Below the pieces are notes generated by a model, which made no database searches, was not told the origin of the DNA, and saw only the letters and a program-made list of their open reading frames with translations. From Eledone cirrhosa (Eukaryota), in contig OZ024756.1 in assembly GCA_964016885.1 (NCBI GenBank), positions 34,472,001 to 34,536,000 of the forward strand: a stretch of DNA of 64,000 bases, given 5' to 3'. Shown piece after piece: positions 54,801 through 64,000 of this stretch. The stretch's first letter is position 1, and every line of letters begins with the position of its first letter. A program made the translations under genes and the position numbers.

Positions 54801-56082
54801 TAATCAGTGATAACTAATTAATTACACAGAGAACAGCAGTGGTGTGGTTTTCTAAGATAGTTCATTGTATTAACAACAGCAGCAAGGGTGGTGTTTGTTC
54901 AATGCCAATACATATACACTTAGTACAGAGGGGCGGTGGCAGTTTGTTCAAAGATATTTAATTATATCGTGAATAGATATGGTGATGTTGAAGGAAGTGA
55001 TCGTGGAATCAAAACGGGGATATATATAACTTAAACATATCTTTTAACGGTGTTTATAGAAAAAAGGTAAGCTTGTAAAAAACAATCACATTCAAATAAT
55101 TGTTTCTACTTTTGGCACAAGGCCAGCAAATACCTAGTACATTACTGGTACTTTATTTTATCGACCCTGTAAGGATGAAAGGCAAAGTTAACCTCGGTGG
55201 GATTTAGCCTTAATAAAATGAATATATATATATAATGGAAAATAAAAGTTATGGGCGAAAGAGAGGAGTATCCAGCATCAGTTGTCTACTAGGAATCATA
55301 GGTATTTCTTCGCGTTAGAGACAATATACCTCAGCCTAGGGCGAAACAATAACTAAAATAAGTTATTGGGATAAAAGAGGGGGGGGGGGGCGTGTAAACA
55401 GACACGAAGGGTGAAGCAACGTAAAGAGAGGAAAATTAGGAAAAATATCAAGTCAATAACTCATATATATATATGTATGTGTGAGTGTGTTTTGAACAAC
55501 AAAAATAAAACAAAAGGCGAAGATAGGTTCTTAATTAGTTTATTGTTTTACGATCGTTTCAGAGGGTCGATTGATCATGATAAATTGATATATTGACTAA
55601 TAGATGGTGGTTATGTCACCACCTATTTCTACTCTCCATGATCCATCTCACAGTCTTCCTCAGAAACAACGAATTCTATTTTTTTAAATTTTTATTTGCA
55701 AGATATAAAAGGAGGTTGAAACGCATCAATTGGATGTATTTACCAGGAGAAATAAATAAAGGATGCAATCAACACATAATGTGAAAGTTGAGAGTGTTTA
55801 TAATAACAGTTCGACTTATTTCTATATCACCAGTAGCTTCATCACGTGTAGCTACTTCAGATTCTCTGAAATATGTTTGAAGGAGCTAGATAAGTTTACG
55901 TCTATGGAACCACTGGTAATGCTGAAATAAATGAAATTATACATAGAGTTTGGAATTTGCTGTCGAAACGACAAGAGGAGCTCAGCTATCGGGCTCCGAT
56001 TCCCTAATATATTTAGACTTTACTCTCCCAAGTAATCCTCTGCTGAATAAAATGGTCTTACTAGTTTAAAACTTGTAACCCT

Positions 56083-56199
<117 letters not shown>

Positions 56200-59100
56200 G
56201 AAGTAATTCCGTCGGAAAAGTCCAGGACAAAAGAGTGCTCTATGTAGGTAACAGAGCTTAATAGTTATGGTAAATATATATATATATATATATATATAAT
56301 ACACGCACAGTTAGTTCCATAACACGAGTTGAAGAATCCTTCGGGTGAAACGCGTGTTCTCAAGTATGGTTTGTTAATTTGTTGTGGAACTAACTGTTTA
56401 CCGAACTCGTCCTTTGGACTGAGTGTTCCACTAACTTTAGATATAACCTCCCGGGTATTTTTACCATAAATATATATATATATATATATATTCTGTTTGT
56501 TCGGTCTTCATTCATTTCTTTAATTACAATCGTTTAATGAAAACATCCGGCGCATCAGATCTGATCAATTGATTTTATTTTCACTTCAATGTAGAGAAGG
56601 ATTATAGGATTTTACGTCCATTTTTCATACTGATATAGAATGTCACGAGCATTACAATTCAGATAAATTCAAATATGTTTATAAATTAGATATCATATAT
56701 AATATATTTGAATTACATTAAAATTAAGCTTAGGGCATTACAGTTCAATAAATTAGAAGTGCACCGCTGTTTGTATAATACACAAACACACACATATCGT
56801 TGCGTCCTTGGTCAAGATAATTAAGTCTTAATCATTTCCTTACCACATTTCTAATGACACTGCCTATGGTTTTCAGATTATTTTGAAAATAATCAAGAAT
56901 CTGGAAAGACTTAGGAATATAACAAACTTTCTCATTATTTAGGTGATGTTTGGAAAATAATGTAACAAAGGTTCTTACATAAAATTACTATGGAATCTTT
57001 TTAGATAAATATAAACACAGAACAGAATCAGGAAGTGTTTCAGGCGGTTTGGTATGAAAAAGGTTAAAAGATCCAGTCCTTTCCAGTTATAAATAAATAT
57101 CGTGTTGTAGCCTACCAAATATTTGTTTCTTTCTTTCTATCTATATGCTATTCACGACGGGGCGGCGAGTTGGCAGGATCGTTAGACCATCGGAAAGAAT
57201 ACTTTCCGGTATTTGTTCCTGCTCTCTGTGCTCTGAGTTTAAATCACATCCTGATCAACTTTGCCTTCCATTCTTCCGAGGTCGATTTAAAAAAACTACC
57301 AGTCTATTACTGGGGTCAACTCTGCCTCTATATCTCTTTTTCACATCCTCTGTATCATTTTTTTCTCTCTCCTTCTCTGGATAAAATCGGCTATGTCCAA
57401 AACTGGAGAGGAGATAGGCTCTTGCTAGCTTTTAAAAATGACCAAGAAACGCTGTATGCCGCCTCGGTGCCCCTACGACTCCACTAGAAGTTATGAATCC
57501 ATAGATACATACATTCATGATGAGAGGGGATAGCAGTGCCGATGACCTTTGCAGGGTGAGAGAAGGATGTATGTGTGTGTAGTAGCAGCAGTAGAATCAT
57601 CGTAGATATGAAGCCTTGCTCCATTGAAGGGCTTCGCTCTAGCTTTGTAACGTATCGGCAACTGATCAAAACTGAAGAATTTCATGACTTTAGAGAGATT
57701 TCCAAAATAAAAAAGTGTTTGCCTGGATGCTACACACTTGCAAAGTTACTAGTGTGGCCGGAAATCCCCGAATTCAACTTGGAAAACACCGAATTCGACG
57801 GGTAAATTACTTTCCGCTTTAGTGGAGCTTCAGAAACAAAGAAGTGCTAGGCGAAGTTACTTCGTCTACGTTTCAGGATGTTCTTTTGTTTTAAGTAGGC
57901 AACCATCGACGTACACAATGGTTTTCAATTTAGACACATGACCGTCAATTTGATGTGTTTGTGTGAGTAGGGAGAGAAACGCGATTATGCCGACCCCAGT
58001 ATTATATTATATAGACTGGTACTATATTATATCAATCCCGGAAGGATGAAAAGCCAATTTGACCCTGGCGGGATTTGAACTTAAAACGCAAAGAACTAGA
58101 AATTACTAAAATGAAAATGAACGTTCTTTATTGTAAATTCCGAAAAATTTATTAGTAAAAGAAAATGAAATTTCACATCCTCGGGACCCCAATTTACTCT
58201 TTTCCACGTATCTGCAGGAATTCTGTATATGTAAATTCAGAATGTTTTATTAGTAAAAAGAACATACTTTAAATCAAATTATGTCTGGTAATGATTAATG
58301 AAAATATGAAAAACAAACAGAAAAAAACAATTGTAATTGATTTAAATGAATTTTAAGCGAAATTATTGATCGTGGATTGTCGTCTACTTAAAACGAAAGA
58401 ACGCCAGTTTCATGAAGGATCCATGGCCACTTAAGAAGTCCAGGAAACGAAGAAGCATCTTTTGCCTGTTATCTTTACGACAGTATGTTTTGTATGTGTG
58501 TGTGTGTGGGGGGGGGGGGGGTAATAAAATAAAGTACTAGTCAAATACTAGAATCGATGAAATAGATTATATTATTTGCTCCTTTCTCATCGGACAAATT
58601 CTTAGTAGTATTAGTTCCGGCTTAATCCCGCCGAGGCCAACTTTGCATTTAATCTTTCTGATATCGATAAAATTAAAAATCTATCAAGTACTAGGGTGGG
58701 GGATCGATATAATTGACTTTCTCCTTCCCACCAAGAATTGATGGCCTTGTGCTTAAATTAGAAATCATTATTTGTCTCTCTTCACTTACTTAGTAATGCC
58801 CATCCCATGCATAATCGCAGAAATTACCACCCTCCCTTTCTATTTCTCTTTTTCATACGCACCGACATGCCGATATAAAAACGTATACGAAGTTGTTATT
58901 GTTTTGCTTTAGGTCAGCTCCAACGTCTGACGGAAATAAATCTACGGTTCGAAGCATATCAAAACTCAGCCATGTGGAAAATTTCAGATCGCTACATATC
59001 TAAAATTGCAATATCCAACGTTCATTCTTTTTTAAAGACAGTTGATGTGAAGGAGAATTGACTGCTATGTCTAACAAGCAGGTCAAACGACTACGTAGAC

Positions 59101-60412
59101 TCCAGCATTGGCTTGCATACGGAGTCGTCCATGTGTATTTAGTCACCAGCAGGCGGGAATTCGAATGGAACCGACTATTTTGACAATCCTTACCATTCGT
59201 CCGAATACCAACACATACACATGCTTACATCCATTCACACACACTTACACATACTGACTGGTGAGAGTCGCTCTTCTGTGTTTGATCGACCTGAAGAGGA
59301 GTGGATTCCGCTAGGGTTTTTTTTAAATGCTGAAGCCCTTACAACTCCATCAGGAGTCAAGGCTTTCCCTTTGGATTACAGGTACAATTCATGTTTGCCA
59401 GTTGAGTGGGATAGAGGAACGTGAAATAAAGTGTCTTGTTCAAGAACCTAAGGTGCTGCACAGTTAATGAATCGAACTCACGGCCTTACTTTCGTATGCC
59501 GAATACCCTAAGCACTAAGACACGCACATATATACGTACGTATATAAACACGTATAGAAAGAATTTTGACCAGCCTCTACAGAAACGATCACAAACGTGT
59601 GTACATATATCAGTATATGCCCCGCATAGGTACATAAGGAGATACGAGAGTTGCTCCCCTGTCTTTGACCGACCTATACACAAGCATAATCACACATGCG
59701 TACAGATATATATACATATGGGATTGGTGCTACCATTAAAGCCAACGAGACAGTCACCCAGAACGTAGACCCCAGAGAGACGCATTATAGAATATTAAAG
59801 GAACACAGTTTTATATAAATTTGTATAATTAAATTAAATATACAATAATTTTCTGCGATCAACAAATAAATCACTAAACATCTTTGCTATGTAGCAGTGT
59901 TGTGAAAATACCCGAAGCGGTGGAGTGGGTCGTATGGTGTTATGACCTGTCACATGATTTTGGCGTGGGTGAGTGTGGACTCTAGTGGAAATGCAGGTGC
60001 AGGCTTACTTAGTAATTTTCTTAATGTGCAAAAAGTATCAAAAATTAGGTTTGTCAGTTTATCAAACTAAGTTGAAATTATTTTATTTGGAAGAATGGGG
60101 TGTTACTAGTCCAGAGATCTAAGTACCCAGATGACGGACCTTTATATAGTTACGTAAGGATAGATGAGATTAGAGAGTTGCTCATCTGTGTTTGATCGGC
60201 CTACACACACATATATATATAAATACATATGTAGATTAAAAAAAAAAAGATAAGAGGGATTCGCTGTAGTATATTTGATCTGTGTCTATCTCTCCCTCTG
60301 TATATATATATACACACACACACGTATATATATATATAAAGTTAGCAGGAGTAGCAGCAGCCTCACTTTGAGTTATCGTTGAAGCCTCTCTTTCACATGA
60401 GACAGGAGGAAA

Positions 60413-60501
60413 ATGGCGGAAGGTGGTCCTCCTGATTGTGCAAGTCAAAAGAAAGATATTGCTAACCTACTCAAAACTGTACTAAAGAAAGGCGATACCT
60501 G
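60413..60501 (+). CDS. USP15: Ubiquitin carboxyl-terminal hydrolase 15/4 family, first coding exon (DUSP N-terminus); the rest lies beyond the window
   Basis: AAAATGGCG start; translates MAEGGPPDCASQKKDIANLLKTVLKKGDTW, then GTAAGT. Closely resembles the USP15 N-terminus (MAEGG...DIATLLKTSLRKGDTW). No exon 2 recognised up to 64000. Confidence 0.9.
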
Positions 60502-62113
60502 GTAAGTAACTTAGCCAGAACTATCATCCAGTAATATCAGTTGTTAGATTTAGGTTTTATATTTCTTTTCTATCTAAGAATGGTATGTTTTTCGTAGTGT
60601 GTCTTCTTCGTCCATTCCCCCTTCCTCTCTCTCTATGTCTAGTTGAGGTTATACCGATAGATATGGATAGGTAGTAATGAGTTCGCCATGAGGCTGAAAT
60701 ATTTAAATCAGTGAGAGAAAAAAAACGACAACTCGATATCATAGTAAAGTATAGAATAATATTTATTTAGATGTAAGGAGTCTACGTGAGTCGTTACTCA
60801 GTTTCTCCTTCGAGAAACTTCGAATAAGCGAATCGCAGACTCGGCTTTGAACAGATATATATATAGTGTGAATAATATATATATATATTAAAAGCGGTCA
60901 CGGACGAAAGGAAATGACAGTTCTTTCTATTTAATTTTTGTGAATATCAAATGAAAGAAAGTGAGAGAGAGAAGAAAATATCCCCGAAACAAACAAATAA
61001 ACAAAAACAAAAAACAAAACGTTTAATACAACCGTTCTCCCCTACGCACATACATATCAAAGAAATTATTATAAATATCTTTTTTCTCAATAATATTAAA
61101 TATTATTAATTAACTCTTGTTTCTAGAAAGATGCTGGGGGATAGGATTATCTTTATTTGATTTCAGTAAAATTCTAAAGTTTCGGCGTTTCTTAATATCA
61201 GGACTGCTATTGTAGTTTTTGTTCACACTTTTTCTTCTCTCACTCTCTCTCATCCATAACATTTATTATCATCACCACTACCACCATCCTCATGATCATC
61301 ACTACCATTGCTATCATCATCACCACTCATCCATAACCATCACAATTTCCGATCATCACCGTCATCATTATCATCATCGCTATCGCCACCATTACAACCA
61401 TCACCACTACCACCACTATCGCCACCATTTCAACCATCACCACTACCATCACTATCATTATAACCATCATCACCACTATCTCCACCATTACAACCATCAT
61501 CATTGCCATCACCACCACTATCGCCATCATTACCGCTGTAGCTATCACTGCCGCCACCAACATCGCCATCATCACCACCATGACCGTTATCACTAACATT
61601 ACCATCACCCCCCACCACCACCACCATTACAGCCTTTACTACGTCCGAAGAATAACGTCATCGAATGTTTCGTTCAACTGATATTGATATCCATCATTAC
61701 CACCACACACACACAACACACTTATTGGTTTTTATTTTAGTCCATATTTATTCAATACTTTCTCAAAGGACAATCGATTCAACTAATATATACACATTAA
61801 TACAATTTTATTTTATTTTTTAAATATTTTTCAATTTAATTATGGAATTCTGACATCTGTAAGATCTGCTCTTTGTCTCTCCATGTTTAAACTATCGAAG
61901 CATTTTAAGCTTGATCATGGTTTACATATTAAATATCTACACTTTATAAAAATATATAGTACTAAGTTGAATACTGGTCCGACGGGTCTTTTAATTAGTA
62001 ACATCCATCTAATTACACAAAGACAACGAACATTGACGGAATAGAAGATTTAATACATGTGTAAAACCTAATAATTATATGTCAGTGACTTCGCAGTTTC
62101 GCCGGTGTCGACT

Positions 62114-62157
<44 letters not shown>

Positions 62158-64000
62158 GCGTGTTATATAAGATAGATGTATGAAATATGTGTGAGATGGA
62201 TGCATGATGTATATATATACATATATACACACACAAAGTGTGTGTTGTATACGTAGATAGGTTCGTTCGATTAGAGTGATGGATATAAAACGGAACTGTC
62301 CGATTTATAGAGCATATTGCCTGAATGAATGTAAGCGTGAGGATCTGGTGAATTCTTTATTTTCTAGTCGCATGTCATTGTAGTGGACAGTGAGGAATGT
62401 GTATGTATTGTATATACATTTGTTTTATCTGCTGTATTTTCGTTGAAACGATTGTTATATTACACATACACACACCAGAATATGGCTGCCAGAGCCGTCG
62501 TGATCCTCGTGCCAAATCTTAATTCGACTTTTACCTAATTAACTTGCTTGCCTGTTTATATAGTAGTTGTACGGTACATACACCACACAATCTTAAATGT
62601 CACATTTTATCTTTAGCTATATATATATATATATATAGTCGAATGAGCCCTAGATGTGTGAACTATATATAATATATATATGTGTGTTATTCTTAACTTG
62701 GTGCTTGTTAATTTAGTGGTTGGTCGTTATTTTTCTCTTTTCTTTAATCATGGTTTAAATGAGATATTCCGGACTAATAGTCTAAAGATATTATTCCGGA
62801 CTAACAGGTTTACAGTTTATTTTGTGTTTGTTCGTTCTACAACTATTCTCACCTCCCTCTGGCTAATTAATCAACTTAGAAATATTTACAAATATTAAGT
62901 ATTTCGATTATATCTTTCCATGTCGACGTCACGGTCTATTGGTGTTTCCACACACACACGCATATATATATATAATTTTATTTAGTACCTGTATACCCTA
63001 CGATTTAGTTTAAACTGTTTCGATGGCTAAATATATATATGTATATATAATTTCCGCAGGTGGTTCTGTCCACATTTTACCAAACTTAGTCGTTTACCTT
63101 CATTGTGGCGACTTTCAAAAAAGAAAGAAACATTTTTTTTTTTAATTTTCTCAATGCCTAAAAAAAACAAACCTGTGTTTTTATATATTATTTTCGTGGT
63201 GTTGTCCTTTGTTAATTGGTTTAGTGTCGGTACAAACCTATTTATATCTTTCCTATCCTGGAAGATTTAAAACAAAGCTAAGGTGTTATTTAGAGAATTT
63301 GGAACAGTTAATACTTGGTCGGTGTCCAGTCATGTGATGATGATTGCTCAGCCTGTGAAACTCGGAGTAATGACGATAGCATTTTAGATTTCTGTAAAAT
63401 GGTCACATGCTGCTTTCTAAGATATTTGGAAAAAAGCCTTGCAGTGAATTGGCTGTCGGATTAAATGCCTCGGTATTCGTTCCGGCTCACTGCGCTCTGA
63501 GTTCAAGGTACCAATCCAATCTATGCGAGAAGGTGGTGGTGGTAGTTTGGTGTAATTGTTGAAGTCAGACAGTAAGCTTTTGCATTATGAGATCCGGCTT
63601 TGAGCGTTTAGAGCTCAAATCCTGCCTCCTTCCGACGGGAGTTGCCACCAATTTCAGTAATGGAAGGACCAGTAGAAACAGTTTCCTTGATCAGATCTGA
63701 CAATCGGTTCTTTTCCTTTCAGATTATATTTTAACAAAATTCAAAATTTCAAAGCGTCTGCTAATTTGCCAGCTTCCAAGCTGGCACAGTCTTTTGTAGA
63801 TCATTATATTCATTATACTGTGTTTACTCATCAATAAAAACGATCTACTGCCTCTGGTAAAAACTCAATATCATTTTACTTCCTTTGTTTTTTTTTCATG
63901 CTTGCCTGGGTTATATATATATATATAGTACATTTAACTTGATTATATAATCCACGTTTGTTTTTATCATCATTTAATCTCTGGCATGGGTTGGACCAAA

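Noticed and set aside
60502-64000. Further USP15 exons
   Set aside because: Candidate acceptors at 63059 and 63722 do not yield the expected YLVD..WFKQW continuation.

Overview
AT-rich, microsatellite- and SINE/MITE-dense animal genomic DNA. The repeat families suggest an octopus or other coleoid cephalopod (inference). Reading splice sites by hand gives five intron-containing genes: (1) the last five exons of a divergent carnitine/acylcarnitine carrier paralog (+, 323-2666); (2) a class IIb histone/polyamine deacetylase with an active N-domain, a dead C-terminal pseudo-domain and no ZnF-UBP (HDAC10-like architecture; -, 6502-34203, about 682 aa); (3) CHTF8 (+, 35731-45102), head-to-head with the HDAC; (4) a canonical SLC25A20/colt (-, 46282-54513); (5) exon 1 of USP15/USP4 (+, 60413-60501). 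The main finding is a pair of duplicated 60-nt exons in the HDAC that encode the Zn-ligand loop and the substrate gatekeeper. One ends in Glu (GCPE, HDAC10 polyamine type) and the other in Lys (GDLK, HDAC6-CD1 type), which would make a splice-controlled, charge-reversing specificity switch. Complementary intronic elements flank the pair. Also notable: three related minimal hammerhead ribozyme motifs in HDAC introns, a 200-bp near-perfect inverted repeat nested in a MITE, and a carrier paralog that lost both visible even-helix prolines. Most entries in the six-frame ORF track are microsatellite or repeat artefacts.
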